Positions 1 through 44,480 are shown, numbered from the stretch's first letter. The stretch: 64,000 nt of DNA from Balanoglossus misakiensis (GCA_040954595.2 CM082579.2:430922-494921); one strand, 5' to 3'. Numbers and translations are program-made. Notes: generated from the sequence alone by a model not told the origin.

Positions 1-250
<250 letters not shown>

Positions 251-544
251 TTAGAAAGGCACAAAGGTAATATGTTAGTCCTAGCCTCCGAGCCACAAAG
301 CCAATTTAGTTTTGTCAAACGTTTCGCATCATCGCATTTTCTGTGGTGAGTGAAGTCTCTCCTCCCGACTGTCTTGCTCTGTGCGTACGCCACTTACGGT
401 CATCCGGTCTTGGTCAGAAGGTCTCGCTCCGGTGTGTCTCAGTGGCCAACCGATGGCCGATATGTGCCAGAGTGGACGATGCTAGCCCATATGATGTATG
501 ACCGAACAGAAAACAAAACAAGAGAGAACCTCACACATGTCAGG

Positions 545-660
545 TAGCTCGGAGGTGGGCGGGGCTTGTCCTCTTATACACCAATCGTGGAGTGTCTCTA
601 GTAATTGATTACGGAATAAGTGGTGTCTAACTCCTGCTTGCTTTGTGTTTATTGGTAGAC
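545..660 (-). promoter_or_regulatory. FAM181 core promoter (TATA, GC box, CCAAT boxes)
   Basis: TATAAGAG on the minus strand at 571-578, GGGCGGGG at 557-564, CCAAT at 581-585, ATTGG at 651-655. About 340 bp upstream of the ATG; TSS predicted near 545-550. Confidence 0.6.
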
Positions 661-3600
661 GCAGCAAACATCGCCTCCACTCTGTTGATCGAACAAACGG
701 ACAAGCCCGTATCGCCAAACACATGACCTCCACTAATTAAAGAGATCTTTGTGTCAGTTATATTAAATTCAGTGCAAAAACCAACAAAAGACAAAGCGAG
801 GTACCCGGCAAACCCTGGCACAAAGGCCATGCCAGTGATAGTGGAATGCATAGGGACCACGTATCGAATCCAAATGAAGGCGAAAGACGGGATTTTTTTC
901 CTGCAGAAAGATCTTTGCCAGTGTCGACTTTAATTGAAATCGGTGTCAGTAGTCAGCTCTGTTTTCCGCACTGGCCGCGTCAGTTGAAGGTACCTGTTAT
1001 AGACCGCGGTTCGACAGAATGCGAAAATAAAATTTTACAAGGGACCGCACAATGTGGTCGGCTCGTGACTCACACTTTCTGTTGCCGTCAGACATTAAAC
1101 AGATACAAACGGCAACTTGTGTCATGTGCCATTACACGTATGCGCATACAATTGATCAATGACCACAATTTCTTCTCAATTAGCCAGAGACAATAGTGGA
1201 TGACGCGTGTTCATGTCACCCACCATGCCAGCCGTATAACACTTGTCGATATGCTGTGCAAAGCGCCAACTCCCGAGAGCACAGGACAGAAAATTGCAAA
1301 GGCTCTCTCTGAAACTTGAACAAACTGCGCACCAAGTAACATTAACCCCACAACTGATCAATGCAACACTGGCTATCACCAGACAGATTCACTAACGTGG
1401 ACGTGTCACCATAGTTTGGCTTATGCGTTAGTGACACGCAAGTCTCAACCCAGCAAACGTTTGAGGGATTAACGGTTTCAGTTTGTTTAGGTGTACTTAT
1501 AAATTGACGCTATAGTTAGGGAAGGCAGGTGTCTGCACTGAATCTGATTAAACCATGATTTCGCTGCCACGAAAGTGTTTCTTCGGCTTCTAAGAATACT
1601 TCCTAGTAATGTGTCTACTATAAGCTGTATTCATGGCAAATATGAAATTTATGGTTGTAGCAGGAATTGTTTTGTGTATTTGTACAGATTCTACTGCGAT
1701 AGAAAATAATTGAAAAAGTGCAGCGACTTTGTAGGTTCAGTCCTGTGTCAGAATGGAAACAGACCAAGAGTTGAATGAATGACACGTGTGACACAACACA
1801 CCTCTGAGTTAGAACTATTTGGAATTGATAGCGGCCGCTCCTTGGGGATCTGACGACAAACTATAGTTAATACCCCTGATGTCACGATTGGCACGTACTT
1901 TCACATGCGTCTTCGGAAGCGGCACAATTTTGTGCGGTGAAAATAAATGTCACTTTCAATGGGTATACATATAGTACAACACAGGCTGTTTATTGGCCTG
2001 GTGTTCAGACTTGGACTAGTCTGCCTTTGGTTTCCATCGGCCGAACCGGAACTTGTCAAATTTTGTAGCTTGTACGCATTAAATATATGACGCAGTAATG
2101 TCAGTATGAAGCCTACGAGTCAATGGGGGAACGGTCTAATGGCACCTCCATTACGTGTATTTAAGTCGTGTTTCTGGTCATTTACCGAGTAAAGGACTCA
2201 ACGGTCGTAAAACGTCAATTGATTAAGGTGTTTCAGTGCCACCTTTATAGCTTCTAATTTTGTGCCAATGACTGATACAGGTAAAGATAAAAGTCATCGC
2301 ATGGGGTGCTGAAGGTCTCCATTGTAAGACATTAGTTTCGCTTCACAGATTTAACGATTGTGATTATTTCTATCTCTCTAAGGTTAAACTTGTTTGGACT
2401 CGCATTGCTACTGAGATCAAAATACCAAAAATACAATGCGCAAGAAAGACAGAGAGCGGGGAGAGAGACATACAGAGAGATATTATGGAATTATGCAAAC
2501 ATCGTAGTTCGCTGAAAGTATAGAGTTGATGAATTCCTTTCAATTAAAAAAAAACGTTGTACCATATGTTTTTAATTCGTAGGGAATGAGTTACGAGCGG
2601 CACAATATTGAAGCGTCACAGAAGGAAAGGCAAACGACTGGTGCTGGAATGATTGATTTGCCAATGGCACGGGGGAACCAGGCACAGGCCTTTTTTTGAG
2701 ACACACGGGACCCAGGGCTGATGGTACCGATGATAGATCGACCGGTTCCTGTATCGTTCTGGTCAGATGAGTTCCGTGTGTATCATCGAACAGTTCACTG
2801 TAAACGTTACTTTTAACGGTAGACAGTTACTTTTCCCCGAGGCCATACACACACTCCGCCCTCGGCTTACTTAGGAAGGTTGACAAAAATTCATTTCACG
2901 TCGTCGAATAAATTAAGAAGAGACAGCAATATATTTAATGCTGCTAAACAGTTAAATCATTGTACATACAAGATGAAGAACCTGTTGACACAAACTCGGG
3001 TCCTGAAGACTATATCGGTCACAATACAGTCCATACAATCAATGTTTTGACAAACACTTGTCTCAGTAACAATGCAGAGTGGTCCGGATACAGACCTATT
3101 ATTCAATTAAATATATAAAATAATTAAATAGTTTGAATAAATGTTAGTAGTCATTTCCAACAACAGTGCGCCGTTCGAGGCTCTCAGGTTTGATGGCTCC
3201 ATATATAATATATATTTTCAGATTTTTCTCTAGATTGATACACGTAGAATTTGCTATGCTCGCTTGAGTTTGAAATATGCCGAGGACGATCAACCTTCAA
3301 TCTTACCTTTAAATCTGAAGGCTCGTCTCTAGGCCACGCGGGAAAAGATGATAGCGCCTTGAAGACAGTCAGAAGGACCAATGATATTGCGATCAGTCAA
3401 ATAAAGAAAAGCTACTCTGGGCGATTAAGGATAATAAGAACACAATGAGTGCCCGGATGACAATAACAATCAATTGTGTTCCGACTGATCCAAGACGCAA
3501 AGTGTGTTCAAGTTGTACATTTTAAGTTCGTCGTAAAAATAATACGTTGCCCCAAGGTGTTTTTCCGAACAGGTTTGAACAGAGACCAGATTCTTTAGCC

Positions 3601-5065
3601 CTCGGGGCATTCAATGCGGATTTATAAAAATAATAATAAATCATTTGGTTGACGAAGTCTCTGTTTGCTGGAGAGCTTTTCAATTTCTATTTTGGGTAAG
3701 AGGCGAGGCAGGTAAAGGCTTCTTCATGTCGAAACCACTTGTTAAGTCACTTTAACGAATGAACTTTTGGCGCGACATGATTGTGGTGAAATGTCATTCA
3801 GAAATCTTACAGGTCCCGTTGTTACTATAGCAACACGAAGAAAATGTCAATCCATAACAATGGCTCTTCTTATAGGTATTGACTTTTCACAAAAAGAACA
3901 GGAGTATAGCAATTAAGGAATATTGAAAACAAAGTGGAATTTCTGTCGTCCTTTGACATTTACTCTACACTGAAACATGGATCCCACTTTCTCAAACCCC
4001 TCCATTGTAGAACAACACACTAATTCCTCGTTGGATTGTGAACATACTAACAGCTAAGGATAGTGTCACTTACTGGTGAATCCTCGAACATATACTTGTC
4101 TTATTTGGTCTATGTACAGATATGTTGTAAGGTATCATCGTAGTGGTGATTGGCTCTTTTGGAAAATAACGCCCGTTGTAAATGAGCAGTGAAAAACAAA
4201 CGACGACAAAACACGCATAAACTTTAAAAAGGGATATCACGACGATCCGTAATGAAAGTTCAGCAGAAGAGGGAAGAATCAGCGGCGAGACCAGTTTGAT
4301 CTGAACTTCATCGAAGTCCAGTCAGAAAAGAGAGATAAGCTCGCAGCCTAGATTACAAACAGCAACAAGGGAGGCTCCGATATTCAGTTGCAAGGTCAAC
4401 TTCAAAATTAATCAAGCGATCTGGTGTCATGCTCCATTTTACGAGGCTGGGTGGTAGATTTGCCTTTACGAGTTTTTATCAATTACGTTTTATGCGCCAA
4501 CAAACAATGCGTTTCTCGATTCTTGTCAGTGCCCAGGGCACACGTAGAATATGGCGTTATTATTAAAACTGAAATAAGAATGGGCGAGGTGTAACGGCTG
4601 GGCATATTTAACAACAGCTGGAGAACTCCGCCATGTTTCACGACATTAAGATGCGATGTTGCTTTGTTATTAATCTCTAAAAATAAAAACGGTGAGGTTA
4701 TTAAATTCAAAATTCAACGTGACAAGGACACGGACTGCGCGACAGCCCAAGATCGAACAGTTGCAGTAACAAAGAAACACCGTTCGAGATAAACATCTTT
4801 CCTCCTTGGAAAATATTAGTGTAAACAAAGATATAAAACTATTGTAATTGAAGCACGTTCAAGGATTAATTAATTTCATGGTTACAAGGAGAGGTGAATT
4901 CGGCAAAACCCCCAGGGGATGTTGTGGCACTCTGATGTGAAAACAACAACAGAGGCCTGACGTAGAAAAAAAATATTTTGACGTCAAAGAAGGGCTTGTC
5001 GCCACTCAAGCAGGTCCAGTACATTAATGGTCATTGCCAGCATTCCTAATTAATCAGTCACGGTG

Positions 5066-5400
5066 AATGTTGTTGTTGTTATTGTGTTGTTGTTGTTATT
5101 GGTGGTGGTGGTGCTGGAAGTAGCAGTAGTGAGCAGACTTCAGGTCCGTGATGAAAAAAAATCCAATCAGAACAGAAATTTTAGTCACTTACAGTTACAG
5201 AGAGTAGCCGGTGGCATTATGTAATTAGGAACTGCAAACTGGCCCAGGCTGGCTGACTCGTTTGCTGGCTGACTGACTGACTGACTCAATCATTGATTGA
5301 CTGATATAATGAGTCATTGACAAATTGACCACCAGAACGAACGAACAAACTAAAGTTAAATGAACGAATGAATTAATGCATAAATGAAATAAATAAAAAT
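5066..5400. repeat. Simple repeats: (GTT)n/(GGT)n/(AGT)n, then a degenerate tetranucleotide run (GGCT/GACT/GAAC/GAAT/AAAT)
   Basis: Directly visible at 5066-5130 and ~5247-5400. Confidence 0.8.
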
Positions 5401-8400
5401 CATCAGACAGACCTTTGATGAACTCGAAACATGGCTGATGATGAAGGTAGTTTGAAATACTGATGAGAGACAACAGACCGTAGAATACCCAACTATCTGT
5501 CGCCGGAAAGAAAAAACAAGTTCGACAGTGCCTCGGGAAATATTGGTTTATCACTAGAACAAGCCAACAGAGCGTTACCAGTCCGTTGTCAGAAATGGTT
5601 TACACGGATTACTCGACACATTGTTGAAGTCCCCGATACAGGTGAGTACAGTAATCAATTGAGCAGGACATTTGTGATAAGACAAGGTATCGGTGACTGC
5701 ATGTACAAGCTAATGAAGATACGGGTGGATAAATCATGCAACGAAAAGACGAACAGATAAGTTGTTACACGAGTGAATGGACGGATGGATGGTTTGCTAA
5801 ATCGGTCGGAGACATGCATAGAGATAGACAGATATCAACACTTACGAGATTCTTGACAACCGTTCTCTGTGGTGCATGCAAAAACTGTGTGTGCCATTTC
5901 GCGACTTCTCTCAAAGACTTAATCAACTTTAGCCGAGGGAAATGCTCCTATTACATATTCAATGTATGGGTCAATCATCGCTATAAAACAAGGAATTTTG
6001 TGTGAATGACATATGTGGTTTTTAAACTATATATTCTTGAAGCTTCAGTAAACGCCGGATGATTGGCCAGCAATACTCTATGCAGGTGTGTGAGAGGATC
6101 TCATTGTTGTCGCTCATGGGGCGATTGCGGGACGCAAACATTCCTGAAATGACCGCATAGACAGCCTGTATTTCAAACGAATAAAACTTTAAGTACAGAA
6201 AAGCAAGTAATGACGCTTTCATATTACCAGCCCAATTTAAGGCAACGACATAGAAACAGCCAGAGCGCGACATTTTGCATTGCCCTAGTAATAACAGTTC
6301 GTTGGTACCTATAGGCCTTGTTTATGCTTGTCGAATTCAATAAATAGATTGATTTATTGATCCAAACAACATGCAACTTCTGACAAAAAGAAAAACAACA
6401 GACTGGCAGGTCGGGCAAAACGCGCAAGAAATTGTATCGCGTCTTCTGATTTGTCGATGGCATGTTTGGTTGAATGCGCACTCCTGGGAACATTTCCATC
6501 CAGCGAAGTGACAATTTTCCGCTTGACTGTGGATGCTGAGCCACGCTCCAGAGAACGCTGGCGTCTCTTAAAGATATTTATGACTTGCACAGAGCGACCA
6601 ACCACTGGCCGACGGTAAACAGAACGGAGATGTAAGAAAATGGTGTTATAATGAAGACGTTGAACAAACACAGTCTGTCTTTTTACTTTCTTCTAAACCA
6701 GCATTTACTTGCACGTGGAAAAGACAAATGCTAGAGTTGTTTATTATTACTTCTGTTCTACGCGTTCTCATAAAACGATTTTTCTGATGATTGAAATCTT
6801 AGGAGCCTTGTCAAATCAAGCCCTAAATATTGAAGTGACAGTAAAACTTCCTAAGATCTAACGAAAATGATTGCAGAATGATGAGAGGCGGTTAAGAACA
6901 TCGAAGCTCTAGTCTATGAAGTAAGCGTTACTAGAATGAAGAAAAGGACTATTTACTAGACAGTCAGGTGTTTCTTGATGTCTGGGAAATTTGAGGAATA
7001 GCAGAGCGTTAATTTTCCGGTTGATTGTTGAGCGATGGAATGGGTGGGCCGAGGTTACCTATTCTCTGTAAGCGGCAGATTGAACAGAGGGGGTTATATT
7101 TAACAAACATAAATTGTTACATGAATGAAAGAAAGAAAGAAGGAAGAGGATGAATGGAGACAAAAGAATGAGAATCGGACAGGAAGAGAAAAAACGACAG
7201 ATCTGTCGGCAAGAGTGCCTGAGGAAGACCCAACCGAGCGTTACTAACGCGATCTTTTCTGTGTTAGACAGAATGAGCTGAGATTTTGCTTCACTTGAAG
7301 TATTATCATACAGGTGTGTCCAATGTTAACTGAAATGTAAAATGACGAGTTTAAAACAATATCGATAACCGATCGAGCGATGATGATTCGACTGGTGTGT
7401 TAGCGATGTAGGGCGAATGTAGGACTGCGGGTAAAACCGAATGGCGTGTGCGTTTATAACTTTCAGGAGAAGTGGACCCAAGGTGAGTATAGGAGATAGA
7501 AATACTGGAAGATCGAAAACTAACGCAATGAGGATAAGTTTATCACAAGGGGGAAAATCGCCTAACTGAGTGACTTGTTTATGGGAAAGAAATAAAAGAT
7601 CAAAATAATACATTTTGTGGGGAATGTGACTAATAATGCACCAATGACATTTTAAACACCACTAAATTCAAAAGGACGTGTCACATTAAATATTTTAAGT
7701 AGGAAACCTTTCTCCAAATATTTATTGAATTTGTCTGGAGCCTAGCGCTGGGCGTGTGGAATGCTGACGCGTGATATGGGAACAACAACTTTACGAGGTT
7801 ATCAAATTGTTTATTTCTCTTTTGAGGAAAACAAACTATTTGCGGTGTTTAGGATATTGTTTCGTTGCCCTCTTTCTGGCCGGCACAAGAGAGACGCAGT
7901 TGATGTTGCTAGGAGCTTTAAGCCTTAGCGATGGAGCGGGGTATCGAACAAATTTAAAGACTACCCTACAATGTTTTTGCTGTTCAATATACTGTATACG
8001 ACTACACTTTTATTATTAATGTGACACGGTATTTCGTTCCAACCCGCTTTGATTATGGCATAAGCGGATTGATATACTCGTGCCAACAATTCCTACACCA
8101 ACGGACAATTTAGTTGAAGTACGGGTATTACTTCAGTTAGCCGGACGCCCGTCCATCACTCGCGCCCCTATTGATTATTGGTGGCCAGTGATGTCGTTCT
8201 CGTTTATTTTATGGATGACCGCTGCACTCTTTACGGCTTTCTGTACTTGAAAAGAATCGACCATTTTCGGGGGGTTCCTTCCTATCGGGTCAACAACATG
8301 TAACGACATCCATGTGGAAAGTTATCAAGTCGTTCACCACAAAAGTTCCCATACGAATCACTTCACAACGACTTCGAACCTAAACATTCTTTGATTCGCT

Positions 8401-10309
8401 TTTCAATGATAAACACCTCCCACAAGGGCTGATTGACGGAAGAGTTAAACCCTAGACAATATACACCCATGATCTCTTTAACCCTGTCTGTGTCAAAATT
8501 TCCCGCTTAAAATAACAGAAATTTATTAACAGTTTGGTAATTGTTTCTGTAAAAAATGCATCTATTTTGGTAAATATGTGATTCCAAAGTTCTTTCATCA
8601 TGTGTCATATAAGACATACACCACGAAGCAACTTTTTGCAAAGATTTCCAGAAGATTTTTTGGCTTTTGTAAGAAACGTCTGGGAGCAGCTTGATGACAA
8701 ATAATGAATGAGAATTGACGCGAACAACATTTCTATGCAGACCGACATCACCTTCTCGACGTTTTTGAGCATTGGTCTTACATAATCAAAGAAACTTTTA
8801 TGCAAACAAACCATGTTAAATATCGTATTTCAAATAGGAAAATAGTGAAACTAAAACTCATTTGATCAGCGAATAATGTTTTGTTATTCCTGACAAGAAA
8901 ATTCAAATGTCATGACCTAAAATATCAGTGTCGGGAATTGGAAACAAAACCAGAAGCAATCAATCTCCGACATCCTCAAAAGAACTCTTTCAATCTATAC
9001 ACACGTATGGAGAATTTCTAATTCAGACGCAAAGATGGCCCAACCTCCGCAGCTAGCTTCGGTTCTTTACATCTACACTTTTACAGCAGATTTTGACGTT
9101 CATCGCTGAGTCGTATTCCTTTATACATGAACAGGCATTCGGAACGTTCGTATCCAGGTTTTCTAGATCAAGTTTGGAAATTTAGGGATACTAGACACTT
9201 TTGAAAATGAAGTTGAAAATTCGATGTTTTTGTTTTCTAAATCTCACACCGCAACGTGGCTGATTTTTACTGATTCTGAGTAACATGTTTGAATGGATGG
9301 TAAGGTATGCATCTAAATTTTCATCTAGGGAAATGCATTCAGTTTAAAGATAACTTTATTTGTACCGCCTAAAACACGCTAGGTTTTCACGTAATTAAAT
9401 ACATCTGCTAAACTCGTTAAAAATTCAGAGAGATCGCATAAGAACCTTGCACGAACGGAGCTGTTACCAACTCCTTTTTGCAAAGGGAATATTAGGAATT
9501 TGGGTGAGTAGTAGTAGTCAGCTGAGAAACAAAAGCCTTTCCTCGCGAATACTCGAGAAAAATTGGTCTGAAATATGAAAGCGAGTAACATGCGTGTCAT
9601 TCAAAACCAGTCAGTTGTATCTCAGCGTCATGCAAGCATGGCCGCGTACAAATTGCCTTCTAAAATTATGAACTTTACGGTTAACGAATCTATGAACAAC
9701 AGAACGAAAGCTGTAGGTCCTGCATAACTAATATTTTACTGGATATTCAGTGTTTTCAGAAACTGTTTCACGGTGAGAGCGCTCCGGTTTTTGCAGTCGC
9801 GACATGAGTGCCTGTCAGCCAGCGCTTCTCTCGATTTGATCCGTCGGAATCGGGCAGCCGGCAGGGTCGCGCCTTTGTAGACTTTAGATTTTTATGAAAT
9901 TAAAGTTATCGACCGTAGTTTTCGTTTACTGACGCGACTCTCATACCGGTATTCAAATACAGTTCCGATCTCTGTATAAATAAGTGATAATTTCAAGGAA
10001 GTAAAAACCACATGAACAGACGACGTACAGATGTGTCTTCAAACAACCAAGAAAAGATGGACTGGTATATGGTGTCCGATGGACTCGGCGCCATAAGGAC
10101 AACAAAATCCAAGATGGCGACACAACAGATGTCTTTTGCTGTCAATATTTTAAAAGTCAAATGTCAAACATTGTTCCGGAGTTACCTCGGCAAGAGGACT
10201 AGTTTCGGATATATTTCAAATAGAAATCGTATTTGGCTCGGGTAGACAAGTTTTAAGATGTTAAGATGGAAGACAATGCAAAATGATGCAGGGAGTTAAA
10301 AGTTAGAAC

Positions 10310-10360
10310 TTCAGAACTAAGTCCCTCTATCACAGTGACAGAGGGACTGTGTTCAGAACT
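10310..10360. mobile_element. 33-bp palindromic mini-element flanked by a 9-bp direct repeat (MITE remnant or transposon footprint)
   Basis: ttcagaact (10310-10318) | aagtccctctatcac-a-gtgacagagggactgtg | ttcagaact (10352-10360); the arms pair at 13 of 14 positions. Confidence 0.55.
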
Positions 10361-13300
10361 TCCAAGAGAGTTTTACAAAACCAAAATATAACGTTATGGA
10401 CGTCGAGTATATCACAATATTACACATGGTGATAACAATTGCATCCATAGATTATGCGTCGTCAAAAAATTGAATATTTCGAAACCGCCGTGTCAGTCAA
10501 ACTGATTGGAACTTTAGAGAACAAGTCAGACAATGGCTGGTGTCTGAACACGCTTCATTTCATTTTATACATCACTCGTGAAAATAACATTATTGCCACA
10601 TTAGGTCTTGTAAACGGAGAAATAAAAAGTTTCATACTCTCTTAAAACTTCCTTTTGGCTTAAATGTTCCACAGTTAGACTATTTGGCTTTGAAAGACTT
10701 CTTCGGTTTGCAATAAATCCAAACGGCACATAAAACTGGAGAAGTGGCCTGGCTTCTGTTCAGTCAAGGAAATTAAATTTTAATACATCACGGATTCTTC
10801 TCCATTTTGCATTCTGTTTGGTTAACGAATGCAATTTTAGAGGTTTATTGCTCATTATCACTGCCCTGTCTGGGTTGGAGTTCAGTTCTGGTAATGTGCC
10901 TATCTGCCAGTATTGGGAAACTTGGTATCACTAAGATTTGAAAACAAATATATAGGAGAGCCCTGATTTAAGAAGTTATAGTGACTGAAATATCAATGCA
11001 CTTCACTCACTTAACCCTATTTGATATGAAATAATGTAAGGATTGACGGAACTTGGGCTTTTCCGGAAACACTGAGCACTGGCTGCCCCTCCTGTATAGT
11101 AAGCTCTATTATGTCTAATGAGAGTACAAAAAACTCTTAATTTAATTACAATAAACATGGCCGCCTCTATGAGGCTTTTGTATGTTGTGTGGTTTTCTAT
11201 ACTGTGAGGTGTGCTACATGTATTTGCCTGAAATGGTTGCGCAAGTTGCTGAAAATGACTAAAGTGGATATCGCAAACTTGAATGGTTGTCACTGATTTT
11301 CCCACATTCACATATTTTTTTTAAAACACACATTTCCAGAATATTTTTAATACCTGAAAAAATTATATATGGATGGCACATGGCCTGTATATAAAATAAT
11401 AATAACATAATTATATATTTATCAAATATATACAAGTAAATAAAATATGATAATACCGATATGGACAAGCACACACACATATACAGACTTTCTTCCAAAA
11501 ACAATTAAAATATACAAATAATGATATAAAACGAACGAATAGAACGAAGAATATATAAAATAAAATTGATTTCAGACATCAAAAAAGGAGGTTGTGTTTC
11601 GCATTGCTTGTGTAGTGTGATAGTGTTGAATGCCCGACTATTCTGAACTTCTTGTTCAGTTTGTGACTGAAAGAAGTATTTATCATAATTTCAAGATCAG
11701 CAAATTTCATAAAAGGATAGATGTTATTCCTTTTGCCTTGTGCAGTGATCACAGAGGATACAATTAATGTCATGTTTATAATTTAACATAAATATTGTGT
11801 TCCACACATGGGACCACAAGAACCTCTGACATAATGTGTTCCTCTGCACGAAACAGCTCTGACATCATCAGTTCTGTAGATATGTTGATGTCATATTAAT
11901 CACAGTAAAGTTGAGCGTGGAGAATTCACTTGCTTGAAAAAATGTCAAAATTGTGAAAAAGAAAGGTTTTATTTCTGCAAAGCACTCCTGAATGAAGATA
12001 CTGCAAAATGATCCGAGTCTGATTAAGTCATGACTTTGCATGTAAAAAGGGGACTGCAATAAAAGTCAGCTTCTAGCAACATTTGGTACTCGTGAATTTT
12101 CCGTCAGCTGGGAGTTTAGAACAAAACTCACAGAGTTCAGTTAGCTACATTATTAATGAATTTTGTCTTCCCACAAAATGCTTTGCAAATGAGTTTTAAA
12201 CACAGGGGATGGGTCATTTGAAAGTCTTTCTGTGTGGTGTGTAAAAGCCATGGCGGGCGGGCAGACCCACTCACTACCTTGGTAACATATTGCAATGCAG
12301 ACATCAGTCGTATTGTATGGTTCTCAAGTTTTTTGTGTGTATCTGATCACTCTGGTATAAGTGGTCATTTTATGGGTTGGTATATCGCTATACAACAGCT
12401 GCCATCATGCATCACTATTAAATCTCCATTACTTGCTTACAACCAATTCTGCATATCCTTTCAGCAATGATTGCTCTATCAGTGTCTATTGTCTAGTTCT
12501 GCCGCGCTCAACACCACTCAGAGAAGACCGTTTGACGCACTAAACCACTAACAGTTGTCCGCACTCAGTATCTCTCTCAGTCAAGACACTTAGTGGGTCA
12601 GCACATTATGAAGGTGGTTAACTGAAAGACTAATAAATCTTTGGCTACAAGAACTCGTATACAGACATGTCTAAACCAGCTGGGAAATGTAACACAGGGT
12701 GTCCTTTCTTCATAAGGCAGGTGTTACATTTCCAATAAAAAACAAAAAACATATAAGAATAAAAATGACCTTTTGAAGTAAACTTGAATATCAAACTTTC
12801 CAAACCCACCAAAAATATAATATAAAAATAAAACTGAATGTGTTCATTGAAGTTATATTGAAATACGTACAACATCATATATAAATAGGGTTAAATATAA
12901 TGTCATAGACATCTTGTCAGGGGGACTGCATTTGTCAAAATATGCTGATATTAAAATAAGTCTGTTAGATGAGACGTCATCCTCTGCCGAGAGAATAACT
13001 GAATGACAAACCAAAGACTTGAGGGTGTGTAGAACTGATGACCATACTACAGTTAGTCTGAACTGAAGTCATCAAAATGTGTTTGTATTGTTTGACGTCA
13101 TGGCATGACTGTACTACAAACAAGGTCAACGCCATTTTCTTCTACAACAACTGGCTTTCTAAATCGCATGACTGTTTTATTACTACTTATTTTCTTGACT
13201 CTGTATAAAGGTTCATGGCTCAGCAGATCACTCAAGTGTTACACTTTTTGTTCTGTGACGGTATTTTTCCCTCAAACAAAACCAAAAGAAACCATTTTTT

Positions 13301-13577
13301 CCCACCAAGTGCCAAGATTTGCGATGCTTGGATCTTACTGATCAACAACAAAATTAACATAAAATAATACTGCTATTATTGAAAATGAAAATTCCTACTT
13401 TTGGTTTTTGTTTCATTCATCCATTATTGTGATAATTAAAGGATGGTTAATTGTAAACTTTTGGAACTGTTTCAGTGTTTTTCAAAATTTGTTTATGTAT
13501 GAACTACAGCTCCTTCTTCTTCTCCCTACTGGATGCAAAAAAGTGTGTTGTTTGTTCATTCACACTCTCATAGCAGA

Positions 13578-13652
13578 GCACACACACAGACAGACACACA
13601 CACCCACAAACACAGACATACACATAAACAACAACAACAACAACAACAACCA
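13578..13652. repeat. (CA)n-like plus (AAC)n microsatellite in the inferred FRMPD4 3'UTR
   Basis: cacacacacagacagacacacacacc... followed by (aac)~8. Confidence 0.85.
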
Positions 13653-14061
13653 ATCAAACACACTGACATCAATGCCACTCATAACTTCAAATGTCAGTAC
13701 GAAAACATGTAAAATGTGATAGCAATTAATGAACAGGAGTATATACAAATAATTCCGAAATAGTTTAAAAGTTTTTACCTGTTTTGAAAAAAATCAATTC
13801 TGTCCAGCAGAAGCAAGGTGAAATATTCTGTAAACTTGGTAAATTTTAGTTTCAGAAACATAGAAAACCTTCAAGCATTACACCAGATGTTGAGATCCTG
13901 CATAGGTGAATAGAACACAAAATGCAAATATAAGTGTAGGTTCACCAATCAGAGTTGATATGTAAATAGAACTTCTAAGTAAATATATTTTGATTGGTCA
14001 ACATTACATCATCTAAATGCTGTTATGTTATGCAGCTTGTTTCCTCCACAAGTTTCCATGG

Positions 14062-43678
<29,617 letters not shown>

Positions 43679-44480
43679 GGGGGCTTCGGGGGAAATTGTA
43701 GTCAAGATCTGGCAGGGACAGCTGAGCTTGTCGTCATCACAATTCCTACAGCGGTAGACATGAACCAGTTGCTCTGAAAATAGTCATTGCTATTCACAGG
43801 GCAAACCACGATGATTGTACTACGGCAGCAGCTGGTACAGTAATGTTCGATTCTAACAGGTTGTTGTGGGGAAAATGGGAAAGAAGTCTCTCATAGAGTA
43901 AATCCACAAGCAAACGCCAGTTTATAGTATTCTGCATGGAAATCAAAAATATAAAATTAAAGTTTGTAACTACTAGTATATCTTATTGCACACGTTTTTG
44001 TAAAAAAAAAATATATAATATATAAGGGCACTATAATCGTATCCTGGCCAGGTATATGCAAATATTGATGTGGTTAATTGCAAACTGATACAGTGATAGT
44101 ACTACATGGATAAAGAAGGGTATAACTTTAAAATAACCCTAGCAGTATCGACAAGACATGATTTTATTTCACATGGTTTGCTTTTGTGAGGAAAACTAGT
44201 TTCGTGTGTGTGTGTACACAGAGTTCTCAGCTCAGAGAATGGGCTTGGCACATAGAGCTAGCGGGTATTGATGTGTAGTGGCTTCCGAAGTCCGCCAGTG
44301 CAATGTTTACCATTCCAGCGTAAGAGAACACAGTTATTCAACAAATTTTCAAGAATATTACAGCAATCTGACTAGTTACTAGACTGCCTTACCTATTCGA
44401 CTGTGGAGATACCAACTTCGTCAATACTCCTTAAAAGTGCAGGAAACCAAACTCATTCCATGATTTGTTAAACTGGTTAT
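43679..44480 (-). other. FRMPD4: FRMPD4 5'UTR: non-coding exon 1 (donor at 44393) and UTR part of exon 2 (43931-43679)
   Basis: Donor ATAG|GTAAGG at 44393; acceptor tgcAG before 43931; an in-frame TGA lies upstream of ATG 43678. Confidence 0.6.

Noticed and set aside
8990-10260. Possible degenerate DNA-transposon-derived sequence
   Set aside because: The texture suggests interspersed repeat, but I could not find paired TIRs, a TSD or a transposase ORF; needs a repeat-library search.
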